From Camelus dromedarius (Eukaryota), in NCBI RefSeq assembly GCF_036321535.1, contig NC_087437.1, forward strand, positions 109,864,001 to 109,928,000: 64,000 nucleotides of DNA, read 5' to 3'. Both the position numbers and the translations under genes were made by a program. The stretch's first letter is position 1. Each line of letters starts with the position of its first letter. The notes below the pieces were generated by a model, which made no database searches, was not told the DNA's origin, and worked only from the letters and a program-made list of their open reading frames with translations. Below are positions 45,859-59,092 of the stretch, piece by piece.

Positions 45859-46410
45859 CTACTGGCCTCCCAATGCAGAGCAGGATGGACGACAAGAACT
45901 GAACACTTGTGTCAGAGGTTGGCATCCACTGAAGAGAGGACGCAGAGGTCTGAGGCTGCTGGACACAACACTAAGGGGTTGAGGACCACAAGGCAAACAA
46001 TTCACGGGGCGGCACCCATAGGTAAGGAGGCTCAGGGGTCGGCAGCTGCTGAAGGCATAGCTCAGAGGTCTGCAGGACACTGGGAGGCAGGAGCCAGAGA
46101 TGTAAGAAGCAGGAATAAGGTTGGTCCCTTGGCAGGGTCTGGGCACATAGCAAGCAGTGGAAGGGCAGCTGGAAGTCTCACAGAGGCTGGGCTCCCAGGT
46201 GGCTGGCTGACAGCTGGTAGATTCGCTGCAGGTCTCTTGGCAGTTGTTCAGGGGCAAGGTATGGTCGGGATAGCTGCTGGGCAAGCAGAGGACATCTCCA
46301 CAGCTCACATTGGTAGAGCAGAGGGCAATGGAGGAGGGAAGAGAAATATGACAGAGATTTCCGGAGGATCCCAAGCTGTAGTTTCCAGAGCAGCAGCTGT
46401 GGCAAGACAT
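45859..46410 (-). CDS. KRTAP26-1: Keratin-associated protein 26-1, 183 aa, intact single exon
   Basis: Collinear with recalled human KAP26-1: MSC..CSGN, VSCGDVL.LP.S..DHT, NCQETC.E.TSCQP, YVPRPCQG, SCLPVSCRP, VVSSSLRPL.PLFSGCQPLT.VFS.CRPSCS.L. 23 Cys. Good Kozak context (actATG). TATA upstream. Confidence 0.96.
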   Translation of the reverse strand: MSCHSCCSGNYSLGSSGNLCHISLPSSIALCSTNVSCGDVLCLPSSYPDHTLPLNNCQETCSESTSCQPATWEPSLCETSSCPSTACYVPRPCQGTNLIPASYISGSCLPVSCRPLSYAFSSCRPLSLLTYGCRPVNCLPCGPQPLSVVSSSLRPLRPLFSGCQPLTQVFSSCRPSCSALGGQ

Positions 46411-46484
46411 AGTGAGATTTCGAGAGCAGGCTGTGGTTGAATGGAAGGAAGTGATGTCTCAAGTTTCTCATTCGGCTTCCTCCC

Positions 46485-46491
46485 TTATATA
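46485..46491 (-). promoter_or_regulatory. TATA box of KRTAP26-1
   Basis: TTATATA on + is TATATAA, about 75 bp upstream of the ATG. Confidence 0.8.
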
Positions 46492-49400
46492 CCTCTAGAA
46501 GGTGGTGATTCTGTACACAGACTCTCTTCCTGTTTGTTGTATGAGGCTGCATCAGAACTCTTTATTATAGCCCGGAAATAGTGCCCCCACCTCCCATAAA
46601 ACTGAATGTCTTCCATTGATTAAGTATGTCTATAAAGCAGTGTGACTGAATTTTAATAGGATCTCTGCTTCTTAAATTATCCAACCAAAACAGACATTTT
46701 GAAGGTAACTTACTTATTTCAGTTATAACCACCACTGCATAAACATTCTTGGAATTGTCTTTAAAAGTTGTAGTAAACTTCTTTGAAACAGTGGGAAATT
46801 GTTTCTCTTTGAGGGGAAATCCTGTGTTTTTTTGGAAACTGTCCAAAGAAGAAATGTGAAAGCACTTATGTTGTAAAAGAATTAAAAATCCTAAAATCTA
46901 TATGGTTTGGGGCAGAAAGAGTTTAAGAGTGGTAGAATACAGAAAATTTTCAAGTGCCAAAATTGGTTTTGCCTTATTTTAGAATCCTGGTGGAAAGCAA
47001 CTTTCCACCAAAATATCTTTATTTCAAAAAATCATGGTCATTTTATTCATTCAATAAATAAATTAAAAAAAAAACTGAATCAAGTTGAAATTGTGATTTA
47101 TGTGTTCTTAAATGCAAATAAATAAATTGGGCCCAGTTTAAATTATGGATCTTACTGAGAACAGAAGGAAATAAACAACACCCCTTAAAAAAGTTAAATA
47201 ACATGACATTTTTCATAGTTATTATAGGCTTATCATTTCATGGTTACTCATGTTCCAATTGAAAACTAATGTCTTTGGTTAAAGGAAAAAAAAAGAGAAA
47301 TTAGACACAACAATTAAGACATATAAATGGATTTGCTTTTCTTCTTCCATTAATTCTGATGTTAGTTAAGAGGAGCTTATAAACCGTGTATATGGCCAAT
47401 AGCATCAGGATAAACAGAGAGTTTTCCTAAGTGTGAATACTTTGAAGGCTATTTGGGGATATATTTTCTGATAAAAAAATCGGTTTAAAAGATGCGCAAT
47501 TATTTTTAGCTTCAGTCATCCCACTGTATTTTTTATATTCCAACATCTCTGGTGGCTCCGAGGACTATTTTAACGGAAAATTTAATTGTCTGCTGGATCT
47601 AAACTCCAATTCCCTTTAGCTAAAAATTCAATGTAAATCACAACACTTTATTTGTATATTCAGTGGGTATGCTCACACTTATTAAGTCTCCTTTAGTGGA
47701 ATCTGAGACATAGAAGATTGGTTTTCTACGAGCCAATATAGGACTGTTTTACTGCCAGGAGTTAGAAATATTAAAAGAAAAGGATACAGCCCCTGAGGTC
47801 TCAGTGTGTTAGGTCAGGGGCATCGCCCTTTGATGACTTGCACCTGACATGTTTGAGAAGTTCCCCAACTCCAACCCCCACCCTGCCAGCCTTCAGTTCA
47901 TGACACTGTTTGTTCATGTTGCTAGGGTCTTCTTGTGGAATTCCGGATGCATCAGCTGAATGGCATTAGTAATACCTACAGCCATTTTTAGCTGAATGCT
48001 TGTCAAATTTATAATTGATGCTCTTTACACCTGCCCTTCTCTATTATAAGCAAGAGCCCAACAGCTGAATCACCAGTTCATCAATGTATTTGTGTGCACA
48101 TGTGTATAGGTACTGTTTATGTTGTATGTATACATGAATGTTTATACTGTATGTATACATGAATGTTTTTCCATGACTATAAAGGCATAGAATAAGAGAA
48201 AACTGACATTCATTTAGTATCTACTCTGGGCAACACCTTGCAGGGTGCATACCCCCATGTGCTGTGTCAAATTTATCCTCACAATTCTTTCCAGTAAATT
48301 TTAAAATTTTATGCATTCATATGAAAATACTTGAGATGTAGAAAGTCATAGTAATTGATAAGAAGAAAAATATTTGAACAAAGGGAGTTTTGTGGTCTTT
48401 GACCCCTAAAATATTTTTTCTCCCTTTATCCAATATGGCAGTCTAAAGAGATACACTGATACCATTCTTCAGTAACTGTGTGACTCTGGGAAATCTGCAT
48501 AACAATCACTTTGATCCCCGGTCACTATCAGTATCCTTTCATGAAACAATGGACATGTTAATAATGTCTAATTTCAGTGTCATTTTAGGATATATATGAA
48601 AAAGTTAAATGTAAACTGCAAAACACTATACCAGGATAATTTATTTTCTGGCTTTGGAATTCTAAACTCATTACAAAGGGTGCCATCTTGAGTTTAATTC
48701 CTTTAGAGCACCTCCACGTTTCTCTGTTGTGGTTAGGTAACACTGGCAAAATACTCATGGAATTCAAAAATCAGAGTGCCCTGAATGTAATTTGTAACCT
48801 AATACAAGAAATGTTGAACTAGTGTTATTTGAAAGTGATGGTGTCACTTCAAAAGAAGAGCGCATGTGCGCATCACAGCAGGTACCTCATTATAAACTAC
48901 ATATTTCAGGCTCTTCTTCTGATGCAAGAGCCCAGGATAGATGGAGGAACTGGACATCCAGTGTGTTCCTCCAGATTTATCCACTTTGTTGCTTTTTCTT
49001 CAATGAACTAGAGGTCTCCTACTCTAGAAAAAGCATTTTTCTCTTTCTTGGACACAGAGAATCCTCAGAGCATTGCAAGGATAAAGGTATGCCAATAAAT
49101 GACGCTTGGATTCAATCATTCATTCAACAAATATTTATTGAACGTCTTGTACTTGAAAAACATTATGATAGATGCTGACAATTATACCAAGATACTATTG
49201 ATTTCTGCTCCCAGACATATCCAATCTTGTAGATGTAATAAGACAGATACATAATGCATGCCAGTAATTAATAAGTTCAACAGATGATATGCAGAGAACA
49301 TTGTTCATTGGTTTTACCTAAAGTTGGCATTAATTTTGAGGGATGGGAGGAAATGGCAGGAAGACACTTCAGTTTGTGGCAAAAGGTGGAAGGGCAGAAA

Positions 49401-51054
49401 AAATGCTGACATGGTGTTTTTCAGTGGAGGGTTCTTAGAGGCAAGCTGTAGTAGCTGAGCTTAAATTCACATGCAAAATCTTTCAATAATCAAGGAAGTA
49501 GTTAAGATTTTGTTCTACAGACAAGATGATCCGGTAACTGCTTTCAAGAAGAGAGTGTTGTGATTAAATTGTGGCACAGACTGGAAAGAGGGAAAATTTA
49601 CTGTAATGCTTTTCTCCCTTGATGCACTAAAATGTCCTTTTATACCTTCTGTTATCATTGTCATCACTCAAGTTGGGTTTTGTTCCTCTTTGGTGAATAC
49701 ATATATTTCTTACTGCCCCTTGACTCCTATCTCTATTGTCCTCCTGCTTGAATAGTGTACATAGATTGACTCCTAAAATTAACTCCATCCTATAACCCTC
49801 TTACTCAGAAATGTCAGTGACTCTCTTTGCCCTCAGAAAATTGTCCAAACATTTGATTAGTCCTCTTCTGCTTCCCAATAGCGACTCTGTCTATTTTCTT
49901 CATGTCTCCAGTTACCCCACATCTGTCCTCATTTCATGTCATCTCTTCATTCATTCTACCTTTCCTCTCCTTTGGAATAAGTCTTTAGTTTTATCCATCA
50001 TTCAGACCTCAGCTAAATTAGCCCCTTCTTTGTAAATACCTTCCTAATGACCAAAATCTCTGCAGCCTTACATTTGTGTATTATCATTACCTAATTCACA
50101 CACATGCACATACACCCCTTTGCATTACAAGGAAAACATTGTTTTTGCATGTCTTATTTTTTGACAGTACTACAGAACCCTTACTTGCTACTATTTACTG
50201 AGTCCTCATTATATAGCAGACATAGTTTTACATGTTCTACATGTATCAACTGATTTAATCCTCATAACATCCCGTTCAAGTAGATGTGATCATTATTTTC
50301 AATACAAGGGAAGAAACTTGGTTGATCTTTAATAAATATTTGTTGACCTCATAGCATTCACACACATAAAAAAATAGATTTTTCTTCATCAAATAAAAAT
50401 TGACCTTTACTTAGTCAAATCAATAGTCTCCTTTATATATTTTTCTGTCTATATTTACACCAGGGATGTCAGCTTTCATGGAATATGAAAGAACATAAAA
50501 GCAGAAAGAGACTCAGGTGGACTAACCACCCTTTGTCAAGTGCTTTGCTCCTTATTCTAATATTTCTGATTAGTATTCATCTTAGCTTGACTTAAAGAAG
50601 ACGATCAATTAATTATCTGGAGTCAGTACATTGCAACCTACAACATAAATGAAGCATCCTAATTTTAGCACCCCCTGTTGGATTCCATGTGTAAAATCAT
50701 TAAATTATAATCAATTGGAAGAATTAAGTAATGTAGAGTTTTGGGTGACTGAGAAGACTGTCATACTGTAATCTATTTTGAACTGAATTTTTACTTTATC
50801 ATTCTTGAGTGTGGAAATTGTAGTTTATACATGACTTGAACAAAATTTGCTCCATGTCCCTACTTTATTCATACACAAAAATTGTCCCCCAATGATGTTA
50901 GAAAACTGGTTTGCATTAACACATCCTTTCGTGCTTGTATTAAAGACAGTGTAAGTGGAGGTAAACCTTTCATGATTCATAGCTAAGTCCTTAAACCATG
51001 TCCCATTCAACTTTAGAAGGTCTTTGGCAATTTCCTTCCTTTGCTGATATATTT

Positions 51055-52180
51055 TATCAGCTTTTTTGTGGTATCATTGACATACAATAAGCAAAGCATA
51101 TTTAAAGATTACAACCTGATGTTTTGACATCTGCATATACCCCAAATCAAGATTATAATCATATTCATCAGCCCTCTAAAATCTCCTATGCCCCTTTGTA
51201 GCTTTTCCCTTCCATCTCTCTCCACCCAACCCCAACCCCATCCCCAGGCAACCATTGGTCTTCTTTCTGCCATTTTGGACTAGTTTGTATTTTCTAACAT
51301 TTTATTAAATAAAATGAAATTAAATAGCATATATTCTTTTTCACTTCTTCCTTTCACTAAGTATTTTGAGATTCATCCGTGTTGTAGCATGTATCAACCG
51401 TTCATTCCTCGTATTGCTGTATAGTGTTCCTTGGTATGGATATAACACGATTTGTTTATTCATTCATATGCTAATAGACAATTGGGTTATGTGCAAGTTT
51501 TTGAAAATTACAAATACACAAATGCTATGAACATTTGTGTACAAGTTTTTGAATTGACATATGCATTTGGTTCTCTTGGGTACATACGGAGAAGTGGAGT
51601 GATGCAGTCATGTGATAGGTCAACGTTTAACTTTTCAGGAATTGTCAAACTGTTTTCCAAAGTGACTGCATCAGTTTATATGCACCAGCAGTATATAAGA
51701 GCTCAAATGCCTTCATATTTTTTCCCCAACATTTGGTATAGTTATGCATTTAAAAAAATTTTAGTCATTCTATTAGTTGTACAGTAGTATTTCATTGTGG
51801 TTTTAATTTGCTAGTGACTGATGGTTCTAGACATAGTCATTGCTTATTTTCCATCTCTGTATCTTCTTTAGTGAAGGGCTGTTCAATGTTTTGTCCATTC
51901 TTTTATTGGGTTGTCTGCATTCTTGTTCTTGACTCAAAGAATTCTTTAAATATTTTAGATACAACTCCTTTATTAGATACATGATTTACAAATATTTCCT
52001 ACCTGTCTGTGGCTTGTCTTTTTTATTCCTGTATTAGTGACTTTTCGAAGAGCCAACATTTTAATTTTGATGAAGCTCAATTTATTCATTTTAGTTTTTA
52101 GATTGTGTTTTTGATGTTGTGTGTGTAAGAAATTTTTGCCTAACCTGATGTCTTAAAGGAATTTTTTCTTATGTTCTCTC
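51055..52180 (-). mobile_element. Old L1 (L1MB/L1ME-type) 3' region
   Basis: ttttgtggtatcattgacatacaataag...ccccaggcaaccattggtcttctttctgcc...tattttgagattcatccgtgttgtagcatgtatcaaccgttcattcc...caaactgttttccaaagtgactgc...ttttaattttgatgaagctcaatttatt. The ORF 51452-51787 is antisense L1. Confidence 0.85.
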
Positions 52181-54939
52181 CAATCTAATTTCTATCCTCG
52201 CCAATATTTTACATTGTTATTTTAAAGATCACCAGTGATTAATTCCCCACCCAATGGTAATTGTGGCCCTGGTTCTGAATTCCATGGCACATGTGACTTT
52301 GCCGTCCATACTCTCTGTTTTGAAGCATTGTTCTATTGCAGCAATGCTCTAAATCTCATGGTTCTATTTCTATCACATGGAATACCTGTTTTTTTCTTCA
52401 TCTCTATTTCTCTTTTCTCCTTCTATTCCCCGGGAGGATCCTTCTTTAGCCTCTTACTCTTCTGTGTTATTATCAATCTGCATTTCATTAATCTTACATA
52501 TACAATTAATAGCTGTACATAAATTCCTCTATATTAATAATTATAGGCTTGCTCTCTTTCCTGATCTCTGTTCCTGTATTTGCAATTGCCTGCTAGACCA
52601 TTCCACTGGGACACCTCATACTTCAGATTAAATATTTATTTACACATAGTGCTTTCTCCAAAGTTGATTCCTTCTCCCATGAACTTTATATCTACATATG
52701 GTACCATGTTCTCTTAGTCACGTGGGCTTAAATGTATTGTAAAACTGTCCTCATGAGTGCTTTTGTCTCTGTCATATTCCCAAGGTGAGATTAATTGTTA
52801 AATTTAGCTCAGGTTATGTGTCTTTTTTTGATTGCAGTTAACTTGAACACTTCTCTATTGCCCACAGAATAAAATCAAAGATCCTTAAATTATCATTCAA
52901 AGCTATTCAGAATATTGATCCAACGTACATTGCCAAGAATAAGTCCTTCAGGTCTTTGTTTGTTTGTTTTTTTGTTTTTTGGGAACTCTAGATGAATTTA
53001 TTTTCCATTCTCAGTATTCACTGAGAATGAATAACTCACTAACATTGCTGGTTCCCTGTTTGCTCTCTCAAATGCTTTTCCACCTTGTCTCTGCTTACCC
53101 GCATCTTACTTATCCTTTACAGTTCAAATCAAAAATAATAACTACCAGGAAGCCTTCACTTCTGCCCAACCAGAAGTAATTTCTTTTCCCTTTGAAGTCA
53201 TTTCTATGCTATAGATTTCCTATTTAACTAATCATTTCATACCTTATATTTTATTCAGTTTACATCTTATTTTTGCTTCTTTGTCATAATTATATTAAAG
53301 ACATTATAGCATTTTTTGTGTTTGTATTGCTAAAAATGCTTAACATACTAACTGTTTTTGGTAAATATTTATTTTAAAATGAACGGAAATGCTTTAGTCA
53401 ATGTTTTCCTCTATTCAGTTCGTGTATTTTATTTTCTCTTACTTTACCTTAGATATTTCTTATATCATATTGAAGACTTCCATGTAGATCAGTGTATATG
53501 ATGGTAAATGGCTACTGAGGAAGATGGATTAGGGATTGGCAAAGTCTATCCTAATGTAAGCCATACTTTCTCTTGTTTCCTAACCAGGTCATTTGAATGC
53601 AGATGTATTTTAAGCCCTTTTGGACATTAGTTTTATCAGTTAGAACCAATTGTTATTTTTGGTTCTGTGAGAGCTTTTCACAATGAAAGCAAAGATTTAC
53701 TTTAAACCCCTAGGAAAAAAGAGTTATAGGTTATTGTAGTGTTTATAACAAATTTTACAGCCAGGAGAGCGTGATTCACCTCCAGGTCCTAGAGATCCTT
53801 GCTCGGCTATTTCCTTGCATAGCATCAGCACCTCTCCTGGCTCCTTTTTACTGTCCAGGCACACAGGAACTCTAGAAAGAAACTTTGCAAATAAAAAAGT
53901 ATCATTTTAGCGTATAAAGATTTTCTAGTTGTTGTTGTTGTTTTTAGCAGGACAAGTGATCAAAATAGCAAAGCTATGACCTGTCAGCAACTCAGCAGTC
54001 CCACAAAAACCAGTCAGTGCTTCCAGGAGTCTGGGCCTAGCAGACCCTTATCCCACCAGGCAGAGCAGCACTCAGGGTCAGATGTCAACTCTGAGCTTCC
54101 TAAAACATTTTTTCCTCTAAGCATTGTTTTATAACACTTCATAAAAAATAGAGAATCACTCCTCTTCAGTTGAAAGACTGACATTTAAGAGATGCGAGTC
54201 TTCATCCTGATCTCAATCGCAGGCTATCCCCATTCCCAGGTTCTGATAGAAGAGTTTTGTGCTTTTCTTTTCCCCCAAGCTGAAGGGATTTTTTTTTTTT
54301 CTAGAAGTTTCCTCATAGTATTTGAAGACGTCTCATCTCTTTCCTTGACTAATACTAATGCCTCTAGAGATGGTCTTATTTTATATTCAGGTAAGTTAAC
54401 CCAGGGTGAAATACTTTGAGAACCTGCCACTTGGTTACCATATATAGTAACTTTTTTTTTTTTTCCCATGGTGGAAATAGGAACAGGAGATACATCCCAT
54501 TCTCCTCTACGTTATCACCAGGAATTCTTCTCTGGAGGAATTCAAGGCCATTCTGGAAAAGAAAAAAGAAAAAAAAAAATAGAGGACACTCTCCTATCTG
54601 AAACACTTGCAGATTGGAATATGTAGCAAATGGTCCTTTAACTTAATTAAAGAAAGTTCTAAACCAGTAGGTTCCTTGAAAGTGATATGAAACATCACCA
54701 AGAAAATAGACATAATAGGCATAATTTTATGATAAAGGAAGCAGTACCTTTCGTAATAGGAAAATTCATCAGAAGCAGTGCAGTGCAGAGACCAGGGCTG
54801 GATATTGGGGAGAAAAAATTCCCCATAGGTTTCTTGCATTTCTGCATGTCTTGCGAGCAGAGTCTTTGGTTTCCGCTGTTTTGAATTACCTTTTAAAGCA
54901 TGTCTGTATAACAAACAGCTTTGGAAAATAGATATAGTA

Positions 54940-55260
54940 TTTCTCTCTGGGGCAAATGACAGGCATGCTTACTGTCCCTTTTCATGCCCACGATTCAGAC
55001 TTCTTGAGCTCAGGACTGCTCTTCTGCAAAACAACTCACTGTGTATGCAGGTGTCATCTGGCCATCTTACGGTTGCCCTTTGGGAATTGAGGCTTAGAGA
55101 ATTTCTGCAAATGTGAACACTCTGGCTTCTGCTATTGCCAAGAAGAATGAAGTCTTTGTTTCTGATCCACGAGTCGCACGTCTTCTGCCGGCATCCATGA
55201 AGCTGTGACAAGCTACCTTGGTAGCTTCGGAGTAGGACAAAATCTTGGACCTTTCCTTGT
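54940..55260 (+). mobile_element. ERVL LTR fragment (MER21-like)
   Basis: ctggcttctgctattgcc...gtctttgtttctgatccacgagtcgcacgtcttctgccggcatccatgaagctgtgacaagctaccttggtagcttcggagtaggacaaaatcttggacc matches the recalled MER21 3' end. Confidence 0.7.
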
Positions 55261-55817
55261 TCTCATTTCCCCCTCCCACAGATGTCTCATTTCTAGTTGA
55301 TATTGTGGCACTGCCATGTCTATATGTTTTAAGCAATCATTTCATAAGAGAAATTTTAATAGAAATACAATAATCATAATAATATTGAAATAATGATGAC
55401 AAATGTATGCAGCAGTAAGAAGTGGAGAACAAAGTTATTAGAAGATAAAGTACACAGCTTGATGCCATACTGAGAACATTTTCTTAAAAGCTTCAAAGAA
55501 AAAACTGACAAAGAAAAGGAACAACTATAAATCATCGCTTAGTTAATAAACAGTCTTAATACTGAATACTAAAGCAATAGATGAGTACAGCAAATTTTTC
55601 TTTAAAACGGTAGAGCCATATAATATTGTCTTTTAAGATACTGCTCATCTTTTTTAAACAGGCTAGTTTATTTAGGAGTTGGCAACTACGAGGGGTGACT
55701 CAAAACACCTCAAGGTATAAGATATGGTACTCAGGGGCAAACGATAAGGAACTCAGGTGCAAAAGCTGTGGAATAATGCAGCTCATTGGCTAACGAGCAA
55801 GGCTCTCCACTAGGGGT

Positions 55818-56264
55818 CAGCACTGCCAAGCCTCCGTCATGGATGAGCAGTATGGAACCACCCAGGGATGAAGAGCCAGGAGCCCTGTGAACGTAGCCAT
55901 GTACTGTCCATGTAGCCCAAAGTTTAGAGTGCAGGTTGCCGGATGGTAGGGGCTAAAGACCTCAGAAGAAAAAAAGCAGGTGGTGAAGGTATGGCAGGCT
56001 CGGGACACACCACAAGCAGAGAGCCGTAGGCGGTGGTTTCACAGAAGATGTGCACAGGCATGCTGGTTGGCAGCTGGTGGTTCCCTCCAGCTTCCTGGCA
56101 AGCCTTCAGGAGCTGGGTTCTGCCATGACTGCTACTTGCTAAGCAGAGGACACCTCTGAGGCTCACGTGGAGGAGGAGTTTTTAGAGGAGATGATGGAAA
56201 CGTGGCGATAACCCCCGAGGGAATGACCGCTGTAGTTTTCAACTGAGCAATTATTGAAAGACAA
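55818..56264 (-). pseudogene. Unassigned KAP26-like (PMG-type) pseudogene
   Basis: Start mutated (agc TTG TCT TTC AAT, 56262-56264). Reconstruction: [L]SFNNCSVENYSGHSLGGYRHVSIISSKNSSST/VSLRGVLCLASSSHGRTQLLKACQEAG/EPTSCQPAC../FCETTAYGS/ACGVSRACHTFTTCFFSSEVFSPYHPATC, with at least four frameshifts. Aligns with KAP26 motifs (SGNYSLGS, VSCGDVLCL, CQETC.E.TSCQP, CET, ACYVPRPC). 3' end uncertain; may extend to about 55660. Confidence 0.8.
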
Positions 56265-58829
56265 GCTGACTTAAGTGTAGATTCTAAGCAGATTACCAGC
56301 ATTTAGTGGTCTTTCCAGTCTGTGCTCGGCTTCTAGAAGTTTTTAGTGATGAGTGTTGCCTTCCAGTGCAGGCTCTATTCCAGCTCAGTATTTCAAAATT
56401 GTTGATAAACATGACTCAGTTACTTGGAAGTCAGGGAAGATGGCTCCTTACATCCATCGAAAAGCACCCACTGAACCTCTAAAACAAAGAAAATTGTGGC
56501 CTTATTTACCATTCAGCAAACCATGCATTTAGAAAAACAGTATTCCAAACTTCACTCAACTTCATTGGAATACTTCAAGTATTAAAATACTTGAAATTCT
56601 GCAGATAGATTAATGTTTATTTCATCTGGCAAGTTAATTTAAGGTAGGCCACATTTATGATCCAATAAAGGGTTTTTTAAGTGTGTTATATATAGCCTTT
56701 AATGTACATACAGGGCTCATTAAAAATTACTGTGCTTAGTACATTTAAATATTTGTAATAAACTTCTCACACGGGACAGTTTAGATTGTGGTCCAGGGGC
56801 ACCAGAGTGAGAGTTAACTAGGCTTGAGTTCTTGGACGTCTTTCAGAACAAAACTAGCTTCAGATGGTTTTTGCCCTCCGGGGGAAAGCTCAGTGGGCCC
56901 AAGTGTAGTGTATTGTTTTTTGATTACCTACCACTCCATTTGTAGCCCGAGGGCCCCAGAGCTCTGGCCTTACATTAGAAGCCCCTCCAGGACCATCTCA
57001 AGATCAATGCTTTGATCACCATAGTCATTCACTGCAGGAAATTAAACCAGACTCCTGGGGACCAAGCCACCATCAGCTGCAGCCTCTGGGAGATAGGAAA
57101 CTGAAAGCAGGCCCACTTCACACATTCTGCTGAACACATACAGACTTGGCAAAATGAAAGAACTATGCTGATGACTGTTTCTGTTTCCTGAGAAAGATTT
57201 CTAAAAAAGTATTTCACTCAGTAGTAAGAGGTGTTCTAAGTTTAATCTGGTAAGTACACCTGTGATCATTACAAAACTTACTGTGATCTACTGTAAATCC
57301 AAACATTAAGTAAATACAGAATAGTACTTGTAAATACCAAGATAAATAAAATTTAAAATATTTTTGTCACTGTCTCCTGTGATTTAATAAAATATGAAGT
57401 CTAGAGGGAGATACTTTGTTCTCGAGAATTTTAACATATATTATTACATCGGTTTCCTAACATACAGTGTCAGGGTGCACATAGCTCATTCCAAGAGGAA
57501 ACAAGAACAGTTAATAACTCTACTGTAAAAGCTGACAAGATTGATGGTGGAAGAGCGTTTTTTTTTAATCTAGGTGATAACACTGCACATTCAATGCCCC
57601 GCTGTCCGTGAAGCAATGGTGACAAGGCACAGAACTGCTAAGGGAGGTGTTATTCTCAGCTTTTTATTTAACTTTCAGTCTTCTTTTCTTGTTATCTTTG
57701 TTGATTAGTAGTTACTGAACTCCTGCAGGGGCGTTGGCCCTGTGCTTGAAGCAATGCCATACTGAGTGATGGAAGAACAGCGATGGACCGTTTCCCGTGT
57801 TTACCTTTGAAATTCCTTTGTTGTGTCTGGTCACAGCCACATTGATTTTGTCTCTGTCCTCCAAGAAATAACTCTCTTTGAATGTCATTAATGAATTTGT
57901 TTCCATAAAACCAGAGAAAGTCATACAAAAATTCAGGTAAAGGACTGAGTACTTTGTACCCACAAAACATTATTTTTTTAATGACAGTTGTTTTAATTTA
58001 CTCTTTAGGTGTTTAGTCTATTTGTATCGGTCTGCCTATGGTGTCTTTTATTGCTTATTAAAGTCATCGCTGGATATGATCAGTAGTAGGGAGTTATCAG
58101 TTGTCTAAAGCAGTATAATGCTCTTGCTTTATTTTGGTTGTTCTTTTTTAGATATTTTGTCAGTCAATTATTATTCTTTCCATTTGGGTCCCAAGGGAAG
58201 AATATGGAACAGTTCCTGGCATGAAAGAGTTTCCAGCTGAGGGAGTAACAGGAATTCTCTAAAGGTAGAAATGGGAAGCAGAGCGAGAGAAGGATATTCT
58301 GGCTTCAGGAACGGCGTCAGTGACTCTGATGCAACGTGGAAAAAATATTGTTTTGTATCCTGTTGGTTTTTACCACAAGCTCAACATTTTCAAAAGGGTA
58401 ATGATTTAACTAAAAACGGATTGGGACTATGTATGAAGAAGTGAAACTGCTAACAACATGCAGACGATCGAGCTTCTGTTGCAGAAAAATCTTACTTACC
58501 ATCTAAACACCTTCCTTGACACCTAGGTTATGTCAGTTTCACGAAATTTGAAATTAATGCTTGTTCCTAAGATACTGAAAATCTATAATATTTTACAAAG
58601 TCCAGTGAGATATGCCTAATTTCTTTCTAGCATTTATTCCTGAGTTATAAATAAACCGTCCAAGCAACTATGCTTTGTTCTCTGATTGTAGCCTCAACAG
58701 ACTCACAACAATACGATATATACCAGGCCAAGGATTTTCAGTTGAATTATTTATACAGACCTTCCATAAGACACAGAGACTTTCCCCACATTTGAGCTGA
58801 TCTAGTGACAAATAATAATAATAATAATA

Positions 58830-59085
58830 ATATAATCAGTTAATCAGAGTTTATAGCCCTAACTCCGAAGTCCAACTCACTGGATTAAAATCCTGACTCC
58901 CATTTACTATCTGTATTATCCTGGATAACTTACTTAACTTATCTGTATATTCATCTTCACTGAAAAAAAAAAAATGAAAATCTTCATTCTCACTGAAAAC
59001 AAGTGGAAATTAAAAAATCATACTTATTCAATAAGGTAGCTTGAGTTTAAAATGATGACGTATACACACACAGTGCCTGGTAAAT
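58830..59085 (+). mobile_element. MIR SINE relic
   Basis: ggattaaaatcctgactcccatttactatctgtattatcctggataacttacttaacttatctg...acacagtgcctggtaaata is MIR-like. Confidence 0.6.
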
Positions 59086-59092
59086 AATTAAA

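Noticed and set aside
45907-46440. 177-aa antisense ORF over KRTAP26-1 (and 62294-62617 over KRTAP27-1)
   Set aside because: Expected shadow ORF: Cys/Ser/Pro/Gln codons give few stops on the opposite strand. No independent promoter evidence.
48860-48871. NRF1-like GCGCATGTGCGC
   Set aside because: Imperfect, isolated, not in a CpG island and not near a start site.
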